A stretch of DNA of 64,000 bases from an uncultured cyanobacterium (lineage in GTDB: Bacteria; Cyanobacteriota; Cyanobacteriia; Cyanobacteriales; Nostocaceae), in contig CAVUDP010000002.1 of assembly GCA_963740315.1 (NCBI GenBank), positions 1,280,001 through 1,344,000 of the forward strand. Reading direction: 5' to 3'. Below the pieces are notes generated by a model that did no database searches, was not told where the DNA came from, and was given only the letters and a program-made list of their open reading frames with translations. This document shows positions 52,149 through 62,449 of the stretch, one piece after another; positions within the stretch are counted from its first letter, which is position 1, and the number at the start of each line of letters is the position of its first letter. The position numbers were made by a program, and so were the translations under genes.

Positions 52149-53579
52149 TTAACTGTTTTTCCGTCTTTCTTCGAGTTTAAGTAACATTTCGGCGTGCATT
52201 TCGCGGGTGATGGGATAAAAATAGGTTAAAAATAATCCGCAAATTAAACATATTATGGGAATGGGACCTACGGCGATACGGATGGCTGATAGTGCTGCAT
52301 CTGGCTGTATTGGTAATTCAGTTTGTCCGGGAATGTTTTCCTGAAAACCCGAAGTTTGTAAAGCAATTCCGACTAAGAATAAACCAAAAGCTAAACCGAA
52401 TTTTTGCAGTAGTACCATGAAGCCGTAAAATAATCCTTCGCGACGTTGCCCGGTTTGTAGTTCGTCTAGTTCGATTACATCAGGCATCATTGACCAAGGT
52501 ACCAAATAAGCTACCGATACTCCAGCGCCTGCCAATACCGCTAAAACGTACATTAAACCAATTTGACCGGGCTGTAAAAAGAATAATCCCGTAGCTGCAA
52601 TGATCCATAAAAACATTCCCATAAAGTAAACGGCTTTTTTCCCCACTCGTTTACTTAATAAACCCCAAACAAACAGCATTAATAAAGCGGTTCCCTGTAC
52701 CCCAATCATCACAGTGGGTACGTCTGATTCCTTCAGTTTCATGCAGTAGATAACAAAGTAAGGAATTACGCTAGCGGTTATTTGTACCCCCAACCAGGAA
52801 AAAAGATATATACCAATTACGAATAAAAAAGGTTTATTATTAAAAACTATTTTTATTTGTTCGCCGATGGGAATGGATTCGCTTTCCTCGCTTTGATTAC
52901 GTTTCGCTTCAAAAGCCAAAATGCGATCGCGAGTTCCCCAGACGCACCAAAATAATCCTAAGACTGAAATTACCGCACAAACTGCTGCTAAAGCTAAATA
53001 CTGCTGTTGGCGATTATCAATAAGAGCAAATATCAGTCGTGCTAATAATAATGAAAGAATACTACCGCCAATAGAAAAAGCGAAGCGAATACTATTAAGA
53101 CTGGTTCGTTCGTCGTAATCTTGAGTTAATTCTGGAGTCATTGCCGTATAAGGCAAATTAACTACCGTAAAAAATACCTGAGATATCACCCCAATGATGA
53201 CGTAATACCAAAACAATCCCCAAACATTGGTAGTTGGGACAATCCACTGTAAAAAGAAGAAAATACCAAAAGGTATCGCACCATACAGCAACCAAGGAAG
53301 ACGACGACCCCAACGTTTAGATTCGGTTCTATCGGTCAAAACTCCTACAAATGGGTCATTTACAGCATCCCAAATCTTTCCCACCATCAAGATACTGCCA
53401 GCTAAACCCGCCGGAATACCGGCAACATTTGTAAAAAAAACTAACAGGAAGAATACGGAAATATTTGCAGTAATTGCCGGTCCCAAATCCCCCGCACCGT
53501 AAGCTAGCTTAGTTTTTAAGTCGAGTTTTTTATCTTTACCGATATCTTGGGGATAACCATCAGCCGCAGAATTGCTCAT
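52149..53579 (-). CDS. MFS transporter, GPH (MelB-like) family
   Basis: KIWDAVNDP, GRRLPW, ERTSLNS, RREGLFYG. Confidence 0.9.
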   Translation of the reverse strand: MSNSAADGYPQDIGKDKKLDLKTKLAYGAGDLGPAITANISVFFLLVFFTNVAGIPAGLAGSILMVGKIWDAVNDPFVGVLTDRTESKRWGRRLPWLLYGAIPFGIFFFLQWIVPTTNVWGLFWYYVIIGVISQVFFTVVNLPYTAMTPELTQDYDERTSLNSIRFAFSIGGSILSLLLARLIFALIDNRQQQYLALAAVCAVISVLGLFWCVWGTRDRILAFEAKRNQSEESESIPIGEQIKIVFNNKPFLFVIGIYLFSWLGVQITASVIPYFVIYCMKLKESDVPTVMIGVQGTALLMLFVWGLLSKRVGKKAVYFMGMFLWIIAATGLFFLQPGQIGLMYVLAVLAGAGVSVAYLVPWSMMPDVIELDELQTGQRREGLFYGFMVLLQKFGLAFGLFLVGIALQTSGFQENIPGQTELPIQPDAALSAIRIAVGPIPIICLICGLFLTYFYPITREMHAEMLLKLEERRKNS

Positions 53580-53644
53580 AATACCTACACTCGTATTACA
53601 ATAAAGAGTTTGGCATCTACTATTAGCGTATTATTATCTCCCTT

Positions 53645-54163
53645 ATGCCAGACCTTTATATCTCGTGGTCAGATTATCACCACAAAATAGAACAACTAGC
53701 TGCTCAAATTTATCAATCCGGCTGGGAATTCAACCAAATAGTCTGCCTTGCCAGGGGTGGACTGCGAGTAGGGGATATTATATCCCGTATATACCAGCAG
53801 CCGCTAGCAATATTAGCAACATCATCTTACAGCGGTGCGGGCAAGCAAGAAAGAGGGCTATTAACCTTTTCTCGACATTTAACTATGACTACTGAGGCGT
53901 TAGGTTCGCGAATCCTTTTAGTTGATGATTTAGTAGATTCAGGGGTTACGCTCGAAGAGACTATTCCTTGGCTAAAGAAAAATAGCGAAACTACCATCGA
54001 AGAAATTCGTACCGCCGTTATTTGGTATAAAGCCTGTTCGGAAATAGTTCCCCATTACTACACCGATTACCTACCTGATAACCCCTGGATTCATCAACCA
54101 TTTGAACATTATGAATTTATAAATCCAGCCGAGCTTGCGGAGAAGGTGAGTCAGCCTTGTTGA
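53645..54163 (+). CDS. type I phosphoribosyltransferase
   Basis: LARGG, LLVDDLVDSGVTL PRPP loop. Confidence 0.9.
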   Translation: MPDLYISWSDYHHKIEQLAAQIYQSGWEFNQIVCLARGGLRVGDIISRIYQQPLAILATSSYSGAGKQERGLLTFSRHLTMTTEALGSRILLVDDLVDSGVTLEETIPWLKKNSETTIEEIRTAVIWYKACSEIVPHYYTDYLPDNPWIHQPFEHYEFINPAELAEKVSQPC

Positions 54164-54191
54164 TTTGATTGGGAATTGGGATGGGGAAGAG

Positions 54192-54468
54192 GGGGAGATG
54201 GGGAGATGGGGAGATGGGGAGATGGGGAGATGGGGAGATGGGGAGATGGGGAGATGGGGTAGTTAAATAGCGAGCTTTCGGGCAATCACTACTCCTAACT
54301 CCTAACTCCTAACTCCTAACTCCTAACTCCTAACTGCTAACTATTAACTCCTAACTGCTAACTCTTAACTCCTAACTCCTAACTCCTCACTCCTAACTCC
54401 TCACTCCTAACTATTTCCAATTCCCAATTCCTAATCTAAAATCTAAAATCTAAAATCTAAAATCTAAA
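54192..54468. repeat. STRR cluster (GGGGAGAT)n, (CTCCTAA)n, (TCTAAAA)n
   Basis: Directly visible tandem arrays between convergent genes. Confidence 0.9.
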
Positions 54469-55381
54469 ATAGTACGAGCCACATCGGAAGGGTTAGGAGC
54501 AATATCACTGTTCCTAATGCTATTGTGGTGACTGTTAAATCGCTGTCGAGATTGAAGGTTTCGGCAATGATTAAGGTGGAGAAGGCGGGAGGCATTGCGG
54601 TTTGCAGTAAAATTATTTTTGCTGGAATGCTGGTTAATCCTAAAACTTTTAAACTGATGCCTAAGATCAAGGGTACTAGTAACATTTTTATGCCGATCGC
54701 GATCGCACCAGAGGGTAGGTTGTGCCAAGAATTTATCTTGCTCAATCGCATTCCCATTAAAAGTAAAGATAAAACTATGACACTCCAAGCCAGTTTTTCT
54801 AAATAAAATTCTGCTAATTGGGGAATTTCTACTTGGCGAAACAGTAAGCCAAATCCGAAACTCCACAAAGCAGGATTGATTAATATTACTTTGGTACTCT
54901 GCCACAAATTGGTAGCCCTACCGCCAAAATGCCCTGCAAGTGCTACACCTAAGCCCCAAGTACCAAATAATGAACCCACTAGATCGTAAAATATTGCCCA
55001 GGCAAAATACTGAGTACCATATACTGCCAACACGATCGGATAGCCAAGAAAACCCGTATTTCCTACCATCGCCGATAAAATAAAACTTCCCTGTGTTGGC
55101 AGTTGAGGAACTGTATTTGTAAAATAAGCTTGGCATTTTATTCCTATCCAAGCAAAAAATGCTCCTAGTAAAATCGCTGCATAAGCAACTACGGGTGCAA
55201 TCCAAACTGTTAAAGATAAGTCGGCTTGCCGTAAAAAAGCGACAATTCCTATCGGTACTCCTATCCAAAACAGAAACTGTCCTAAGCGAGTTGGAACCGT
55301 ATTCGGGAGCATGCGTCCCAGCATAAATCCGATTAAGACCAATCCAAACAGCTTAAGGTATAGTTCTAAAAGGTTTATCAA
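54464..55381 (-). CDS. AEC (auxin efflux carrier/membrane transport) family transporter
   Basis: GNTGFLGYP, INPALW, IKMLLVP, AMPPAF. Confidence 0.88.
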   Translation of the reverse strand: MINLLELYLKLFGLVLIGFMLGRMLPNTVPTRLGQFLFWIGVPIGIVAFLRQADLSLTVWIAPVVAYAAILLGAFFAWIGIKCQAYFTNTVPQLPTQGSFILSAMVGNTGFLGYPIVLAVYGTQYFAWAIFYDLVGSLFGTWGLGVALAGHFGGRATNLWQSTKVILINPALWSFGFGLLFRQVEIPQLAEFYLEKLAWSVIVLSLLLMGMRLSKINSWHNLPSGAIAIGIKMLLVPLILGISLKVLGLTSIPAKIILLQTAMPPAFSTLIIAETFNLDSDLTVTTIALGTVILLLTLPMWLVLF

Positions 55382-55483
55382 GACAAGATCGGGAATTGCA
55401 TATGTAACCTATTATCTAACAGGTTTTTGTTTCTCCAGTCTACAATCTTTAATGATTACCGAACATTCATCAGGAGTTGAGCC

Positions 55484-56314
55484 TTGAATAATGAGTTTTC
55501 TGAAGAAGTACCAAACTCAACCCCCTCCGAAATTCGCGAAGATATTCCCCAAGCTTTGCGCGATACTCCTGATGCGGCTCCCAAATTAGGTTTACGCCCC
55601 TCGTTTTTGGCGATCGCCGGAGTTACGGGTTTTGTTCTGCTTGCTGCAATCAGTGGTTTGATTTTTTACCTTGCTGCACCTAAAAATACCGTCGAGTCGC
55701 AGCCACCTACTACTACAGCTTCTCCCGATACACAAGAGCGCGATTCTGTCAACAAAGAAAAAAATAATGCACTTTTGGGTCATCTAGAATACAAACAAGC
55801 TCCAGAATCGGAAATTGTAGCGGTTAATGCCAACGGAAAACGGATAAGATTGCGAGAATCTGCGGCTAAAAAGTTTGAGCAGATGGTGAATGATGCCCGA
55901 AAAGCCGGTATAAGGTTGGTACCAATTTCAGGATTTCGCTCCGTAAAAGAACAGGAACAGTTATTTTTTAAAGTAGGTGCCAAACGCAATCAAACACCAG
56001 CCGAAAGAGCATCAGTTAGCGCTCCTCCCGGACATAGCGAACATCACACGGGTTACGCTGTAGATGTTGGTGATGGTGCAGTACCCGCAACAAATCTGAA
56101 TACAAACTTTGAAAACACCCCAGCCTTTAAATGGATGCAAGCCAACGCAGCAAAGTACGGTTTTGAACTGTCATTTCCCAAAGATAATATACAAGGCGTG
56201 AGTTACGAACCTTGGCACTGGAGATTTGTTGGCGACAGGGATAGTTTGGAGACATTTTATAAAGCCAGGGATATCAAGCCAATTCCTACGCCGGAGAATT
56301 TACCTGGCGGTTGA
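55484..56314 (+). CDS. M15B (VanY-like) D-Ala-D-Ala carboxypeptidase
   Basis: SGFRS, PGHSEHHTGYAVD, YEPWHWR; N-terminal TM. Confidence 0.9.
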   Translation: MNNEFSEEVPNSTPSEIREDIPQALRDTPDAAPKLGLRPSFLAIAGVTGFVLLAAISGLIFYLAAPKNTVESQPPTTTASPDTQERDSVNKEKNNALLGHLEYKQAPESEIVAVNANGKRIRLRESAAKKFEQMVNDARKAGIRLVPISGFRSVKEQEQLFFKVGAKRNQTPAERASVSAPPGHSEHHTGYAVDVGDGAVPATNLNTNFENTPAFKWMQANAAKYGFELSFPKDNIQGVSYEPWHWRFVGDRDSLETFYKARDIKPIPTPENLPGG

Positions 56315-56464
56315 AACCGCAGCTACACAAACAAAACCCACCTGCGTGGGTTAAAAATCGTGTAGAGACGTAGCACTGCTACGTCTCTTTATTTATGAAG
56401 TAGGGTGTGTGACGCTTTGATAATTTTTGTTTGTAGTTATAAGTTAAATAGAGCCTCACGCACC
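56306..56464. repeat. cluster of three REP-like types
   Basis: Half copy of the GGCGGTTGAAACCGC element (56306-56352), GTAGAGAC hairpin (56362-56387), GTAGGGTG element (56400-56464). Confidence 0.7.
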
Positions 56465-56592
56465 AATCAAAGTTTTGTGACAATAAATTAAGTTCGTATA
56501 ACGCCGGTAAATTAAGTAAAAACACCAGCATTCTTTTTGACAAATCGCTATTATTATTCACAAGTGCAAAATATGCCTTAATATAAGCGATT

Positions 56593-58188
56593 ATGAATCT
56601 CGAACCTGCAAGCGTTATTAATACAATTACTAGTTTTGCTGCTCCTCATGTAATTGATAAAGCTAAACGAAATGAAACTGTAATTAAAATCTTAAAAAAC
56701 TTAAAAATTGACCCAGCGCACCCTCCTGAAGATTTCTACGGAGTTTATGCTTATGCTTTGGTGGAATATGCTTTAGAGGAAGAAAATGTAAAAACCGAGC
56801 CAGTTCTCAATTTTTTCAGAGAGAAAGAGATTCGAGATGCTTTTTGGAAAGCTTTTAACGAAAATCCCTCAGACTTTATTAACAATGCAGAAAATTTTCT
56901 AGATTGGAATAAATTGGGGGATGATACACGCGAAGCACAAATTAACATCCGTCCAGAGATAGACAAATTTTATAAGCAATTTGTTAGCGTAGCCAAACGT
57001 ACTAGAAAACCTGGTGATGTTTTCCTAGATCCAAACTTTCGCAAACTTCCACAGCAGTCTCCCTATCCTGATGAATTTAAATCATTAATTGAAGAGAAAA
57101 TTAGATTATTCTACGGACGAGAATTCGTATTTAATACATTTAAGAAATTCTGCCAAGAAAATACAAAAGGTTATTTTACAGTAGTTGGAGATGCGGGAAT
57201 GGGTAAAAGTACCATTGCTGCAAAATACGTTAGCGAGAATCATTCACCTTGCTATTTCAATGTTATCGCTGAAGGACGCAATCGACCCGAACAGTTTGTT
57301 AATAGTATTCGTCAGCAGTTAATTGATAAATATAATTTGCAAAATGTAAAAGATGCGGATTTATCTACTTTACTTGTAAAAGTGAGTCAAAAACTATCTG
57401 AAAATAAACCTTTAATAATTATAGTTGATGCACTTGATGAAGTAGAACAAGAACCCAGTGCAGCTAATATTTTATATTTACCAGAAAATCTTCCAGAACG
57501 AGTTTATTTTTTCTTAACTAGACGACCTTATACCCAGGATAAAAAACGTTTACGTATATCTGTTCCATCCCAGGAATTGGATTTAAGCAAAACAGAGTAT
57601 CAGAAGTTGAATATAGAAGATATAAAAGGTTATATTCGCCTATTTATCAATTTCGACGAGCAGTATAAAGATGCTTTGAGAAAATGGATTGATGAGCGTA
57701 ATATCAATGCTGCACAATTTATTGAGCAAGTAGCAGAGAAAAGTGAAAATAATTTCATGTATCTGCGCTATGTGTTACCGGAAATTGCACGGGGCATATA
57801 GAATGATTTGACTTTACAGCAATTACCATCAGGGCTAGAAAATTATTATCAAACCCATTGGATAAGAATGGGAATGGATGATCGGAATAAACAATTGAAG
57901 GCAAAAATATTATTCGTTTTAGTTGAAGTTGTTACGGTAATTCCCTGTGAAATGATTGCTGAGATTCTCAAAGAAGATGAATATGAAGTCGAATCGGTTC
58001 TAGATGAATGGGTTGAATATTTGAAGCGGCAAAAAATTGAAGGAGAAACTTGTTACGGTATTTATCATAAAAGTTTTCTTGATTTTCTCAAAAGTAAACG
58101 CGCCCTGGATTCAACACGCAAGCTATTTAAGCAAGTTAATCAATCCATTGCTGATTATTACCTGGATGAGGAAAAAGACAATCTGTGA
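56593..58188 (+). pseudogene. STAND/NACHT-like NTPase interrupted by an in-frame TAG at 57799-57801 (531 aa if intact)
   Basis: GDAGMGKS, IIVDALDE, SENNFMY; ORFs 56593-57801 and 57808-58188 share a frame and together align with the paralogue at 59171. Confidence 0.75.
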
Positions 58189-59165
58189 TGAAAACTGCTG
58201 TAAAAAGAGTAAAAACTCCTGCCTTTCAACGTGTTAGATTAAGCTGTATAGCCGATAATTTAGTTAAATCTGGTAATTTAGAAAGATATTACAATCTTCT
58301 AGCTGATTTTAATTTTATTTATGAAAAGATTAACTATCCAGGATTCGGTGTACAAGCCCTAATTGAAGATTACGATTTAATTGAGAAAAACTTAATTGAC
58401 GACCAAGAATTATTAAATCATCCAGAATATAACCCAGAAAAAATAAAAATATTAAAATTGATTCAAGGAGCTTTAAGACTTTCTGCTCATATTTTAAATC
58501 AAGATAAAACCCAGCTAGCAGGACAATTATTAGGAAGATTACTGTTTTTTGAAAATCCTCGGATTCAGCTTTTATTACAACAGATTAAAAATAGTAAAAG
58601 TTTTCCCTGGTTGCGACCCTTAATTGCCAGCTTAACTCCTCCTGGTGGAGGATTGTTACGTACTTTTACTGGTCATAATGACTGTGTTAATGCAGTAATA
58701 ATTAGTAGAGATGGCAAACGGCTTATTTCTGCTTCTAGTGACAAAACTCTTAAGCTATGGGATTTAGAAACTGGCTCAGAAACACGTACTTTCATCGGTC
58801 ATAGTGATTGGGTTAGAGCAGTAGCAATGAGTGCGGATGGCAAACGTTTTATTTCTGCTTCTGCTGACCAAACTCTGAAGCTATGGGATGTAGAAACTGG
58901 CTCAGAAATACGTACCTTTAGCGGTCATAGTTTCTGGGTTTTAGCAGTGGCGATAAGTGGGGATAACAAACGGGTTATTTCTGCTTCTGGTGACAAAACT
59001 CTGAAGCTATGGAATTTAGAAACTGGAGAAGTAATTGCTACTTTTAGTGGAGACGTTAGTATACTTTCTTGTGCTTTTACACCAGATGACTTAACAATTG
59101 TAGCGGGAGATACACTAGGAAGATTACATTTCCTAAGTCTAGAGGGAATGATTGATAACCTGTAA
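58185..59165 (+). CDS. Apaf-1-like helical domain + WD40 repeat protein
   Basis: GVQALIEDYD...IQGALRLSAHIL..QLAGQLLGRL, three similar 42-aa WD40 repeats and one degenerate; start overlaps the upstream stop. Confidence 0.85.
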   Translation: MMKTAVKRVKTPAFQRVRLSCIADNLVKSGNLERYYNLLADFNFIYEKINYPGFGVQALIEDYDLIEKNLIDDQELLNHPEYNPEKIKILKLIQGALRLSAHILNQDKTQLAGQLLGRLLFFENPRIQLLLQQIKNSKSFPWLRPLIASLTPPGGGLLRTFTGHNDCVNAVIISRDGKRLISASSDKTLKLWDLETGSETRTFIGHSDWVRAVAMSADGKRFISASADQTLKLWDVETGSEIRTFSGHSFWVLAVAISGDNKRVISASGDKTLKLWNLETGEVIATFSGDVSILSCAFTPDDLTIVAGDTLGRLHFLSLEGMIDNL

Positions 59166-59170
59166 TAACT

Positions 59171-60256
59171 ATGAATTCCCAACCCTTACCAATCACAACT
59201 AATAGCATCAGAATTCCACCAGAGTTTGCCCAAATCCTCCAGCAAAAAACCGCTAACTCTATTGCTAGAGAATTCGTATTCACCGCAATCAATAACTTCC
59301 TCAACCGCTACGACAGGGGTTATTTTACAATTGTCGGCTCACCCGGTAGCGGTAAAAGTACTATTCTCGCTAAATATATAACCGAAAACCCTGAAACTTT
59401 TTACTATAGCGCTATAGTTTCTACTAAAAATCGGGCTGATGAATTCCTCAAAACTATCAGTACTCAAGTAGAAGCTGTAAATGGAACTTCTCTACAAATC
59501 ATTCTCCAACAAATTAGCGACCAATTACAACCAAACCAAAGATTTATCATTGCGATCGATAGTTTAGATGCAATAGATTATTCCAGCCAAACCATAGGTT
59601 CAAATTTGTTTTATCTTCCCAGATATCTACCCAAAGGAATATATTTTCTCCTCGCTCGTCGTCCTTTTATAAAAGAAAAATCTGGTTTATTAATTGAAGC
59701 TCCCAGCCAATATTTCAATTTAAAAGATTATCCAGAAGAAAATCGTCAAGATATACAAACTTATATTCGGCAATATTTACAAGAATTATTACCTTCGTTC
59801 TCTGTTATTCAAGAAAGATTTAAAATCAATCAAGAAGCATTTATCAAGCAGCTAACTGACAGAAGCGAAAATAATTTTATGTATGTTAGCCAAATTTTAA
59901 CTGCTATCAAAACTGGCTTTTATTCAGAAAAATCATCGTTGACAGATATTTTGAATTCAACACCTTTACCCTCCGATTTAGAAGCATATTATCAACAGCA
60001 TTTACACAAGATGTTTTCAGCAAAACAAGCAGAAGCAAATTTAATTCCACAAGCTGTTTTAAATACATTAGTACTCTACTCAGGATTTATATCAATAGAA
60101 GATATTGCTCAAATAATTGATGCTGATGAATACGATGTTGAAGAAGTCTTAGAAAACTGGATTGAATTTCTTAATCTGTATGAAATTGATGGAGAAACAC
60201 GCTATAGCTTATATCATTCGAGCTTTCGCAACTGGCTTATTCAAACAAAAACATAA
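59171..60256 (+). CDS. second STAND-like NTPase, lacking the N-terminal domain
   Basis: REFVF, GYFTIVGSPGSGKS, IIAIDSLD, SENNFMY, YSLYHSSF. Confidence 0.8.
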   Translation: MNSQPLPITTNSIRIPPEFAQILQQKTANSIAREFVFTAINNFLNRYDRGYFTIVGSPGSGKSTILAKYITENPETFYYSAIVSTKNRADEFLKTISTQVEAVNGTSLQIILQQISDQLQPNQRFIIAIDSLDAIDYSSQTIGSNLFYLPRYLPKGIYFLLARRPFIKEKSGLLIEAPSQYFNLKDYPEENRQDIQTYIRQYLQELLPSFSVIQERFKINQEAFIKQLTDRSENNFMYVSQILTAIKTGFYSEKSSLTDILNSTPLPSDLEAYYQQHLHKMFSAKQAEANLIPQAVLNTLVLYSGFISIEDIAQIIDADEYDVEEVLENWIEFLNLYEIDGETRYSLYHSSFRNWLIQTKT

Positions 60257-60258
60257 TA

Positions 60259-60822
60259 TTAATTCCCCAAAATCTCATCCACATCAATATTCACATCATC
60301 AAAAGCTTGAATCATTAAAATCTCACCCCTGCTAAATTTCTGTACTTTCTTATAAATACCATTTGCAGGTTCTATATAAACTTCTACACATTCCTCATTA
60401 ATATCAATCAACCAAACCTCTATTACACCTTCTTGGGCATAAAGAGGAATTTTTACTTCTCTGTCATATTTAATAGTAGTATCAGCTACTTCTATAACGA
60501 GCAAAACATCTTTTGGCTGCGGATGTGCTGATGCGTAAAAATCTTCACGAGGTTTCAATAAAACCACATCGGGTTGCGGCTCTGAAGTATCATCCAATCC
60601 TACGGGATTTTGAACGCTAATAATCACCTTATTACCTAATTTCCAAGCTAAAAAATTAGACAGACGATTTACACAAGCAGCATGTTTGGTTCCTATAGCA
60701 GCCATTTCAATTATTTCACCCCGAATCAATTCCACCCTGTCATCTTCATTTAGAATGCCAGATTCCGCCATTTTATGGAATTGTTCGACAGTAAATTTCC
60801 GTCTGAGCAATTGTACGGTCAT
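60259..60822 (-). CDS. Uma2 (DUF820) family endonuclease
   Basis: ATG 60822; RVELIRGEI, EPQPDVV, LVIEVADTT, IPLYA. Confidence 0.9.
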   Translation of the reverse strand: MTVQLLRRKFTVEQFHKMAESGILNEDDRVELIRGEIIEMAAIGTKHAACVNRLSNFLAWKLGNKVIISVQNPVGLDDTSEPQPDVVLLKPREDFYASAHPQPKDVLLVIEVADTTIKYDREVKIPLYAQEGVIEVWLIDINEECVEVYIEPANGIYKKVQKFSRGEILMIQAFDDVNIDVDEILGN

Positions 60823-61026
60823 TTCAATTTTAGATTTTAGATTTTGGATTATTTTTGCTAACTGGTTCCTAGCCTCTGGCTGGGAACCCATAACCGGAGG
60901 CTCTGCCTCCAGTATAAATGAAAGGCAAAGCCTTCAAGAAATGCATTACAAGCAAGGGTTTCTTGTAAGGAGAAATGGGATGCTGAAAACAGTTAACTGC
61001 TCACTGTTAACTGTTCACTGTAAAAA

Positions 61027-61099
61027 TGGAGCTAAGCGGATTCGAACCGCTGACTTCCTCAATGCCATTGAGGCGCTCTACCAACTGAGCTATAACCCC
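61027..61099 (-). tRNA. trnA: tRNA-Ala(GGC)
   Basis: GGGGTTA/TAGCTCC acceptor with G3:U70, anticodon arm CCTCA-ATGGCAT-TGAGG. Confidence 0.95.
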
Positions 61100-61211
61100 G
61101 CAAAATGCACCTTTTATGATGCCTTAATTACTAACTATTTGTCAATATATAAATTTGAAGATGTTTAACTAAATATAACAATTTAATTAATTATTTAGCA
61201 ATTAAAAAAAA

Positions 61212-61406
61212 TTATGATGAAGCTTGTAGCAAGTAGCTCATACAGTGCCCCATCAGGAAGTAAACTACCATCATCGCGGCGGCTGCTAGAGCAACCAACA
61301 TACCAGCCAACATCAACGAAAATTCTTTGTCTTCAACAGCCCTTTCCATTAAGTGTAAAGACCAAGCTACTAACGCTACATCAAAAACTAAAATAGGTAT
61401 CAACAT
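61212..61406 (-). CDS. small hypothetical membrane protein
   Basis: 64 aa, two hydrophobic helices. Confidence 0.65.
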   Translation of the reverse strand: MLIPILVFDVALVAWSLHLMERAVEDKEFSLMLAGMLVALAAAAMMVVYFLMGHCMSYLLQASS

Positions 61407-61511
61407 ATTTCTTAATATATATTAATTATTGTTAATTTATATTAACATTGTTTCTAAGAACTGTGTTGAACTAATTTAGATAATGAAGAAGCTAAGATTC
61501 TTTTTATAAAG

Positions 61512-62279
61512 CTAATTTCGCACGGGGATTTTTCGCTCGTTTAAGTAATTTTTGATTTGCGCGACACTAAGCTGTCCGTAGTGCAAAAGCGATGCTAATA
61601 GTGCTGCTTCCGCTTGACCTTCAGTAACTGCGGTATATATATGTTGGCAATTTCCAGCGCCACCGGAGGCTATTACCGGGATATTTACAGAGTCTGCAAT
61701 TAACCTTGTTAATTGAATGTCATAACCGGCTTGAGTACCATCAGCATCCATACTTGTGACTAACAGTTCTCCCGCGCCTCGCTTTTCAACTTCTTTCGCC
61801 CAATGAAGGGCATCTAAACCAGTATTCTCACGTCCACCACGAACGTAAACATCCCAACCAGGGTTTTGTGTATCTAACCTTCGTTTCGCGTCTATAGCTA
61901 CAACTATACATTGATTACCGAAGCGTTCGCTGGCTCGATTAATAAAATCTGGGTTTCGTACTGCCGTAGAATTAATACTAACCTTATCTGCTCCAGCTCG
62001 TAACAGTTCTTTAACATTTTCTAAGGTTTGGATTCCACCACCGACAGTTAGAGGTATAAATACTTGTTCGGCGGTACGGTGAACTACGTCAATAATAGTG
62101 CCTCGGTCTTCATGAGTAGCTGTAATATCCAGAAACACTATTTCATCTGCACCAGCTTCGTCATACACCTTTGCTAATTCCACTGGATCGCCAGCGTCTT
62201 TGAGATCTACAAAGTTAACTCCTTTTACAACTCGTCCCGCCTTGACATCTAAGCACGGTAAAATTCTCTTAGCTAGCAT
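61512..62279 (-). CDS. hisF: imidazole glycerol phosphate synthase cyclase subunit
   Basis: [36 protein letters not shown]. Confidence 0.97.
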   Translation of the reverse strand: MLAKRILPCLDVKAGRVVKGVNFVDLKDAGDPVELAKVYDEAGADEIVFLDITATHEDRGTIIDVVHRTAEQVFIPLTVGGGIQTLENVKELLRAGADKVSINSTAVRNPDFINRASERFGNQCIVVAIDAKRRLDTQNPGWDVYVRGGRENTGLDALHWAKEVEKRGAGELLVTSMDADGTQAGYDIQLTRLIADSVNIPVIASGGAGNCQHIYTAVTEGQAEAALLASLLHYGQLSVAQIKNYLNERKIPVRN

Positions 62280-62449
62280 GATTTACGAAAGCACTCCCAT
62301 CGTATTTATCCGGAATATAAATTTTAAAACTGACTCGCTTACTCGACAAAAAAATTTTGGCATCCGTGTTTTCTCACATGGAGTGCGGCGATCGATTCTG
62401 ATTCATTGCCTCAATTAAAACAAGCAAAAAAACTATCTATAAGCGGACT

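Noticed and set aside
56593..60256. Absence of HIP1 as proof of foreign origin (also 8033-10042 and iscB)
   Set aside because: HIP1 occurs only about once per 2 kb by eye, so these gaps are not significant without a computed test
60686..61168. 160-aa plus-strand ORF and the extended Uma2 N-terminus
   Set aside because: Antisense to Uma2 and tRNA-Ala, and runs through repeats
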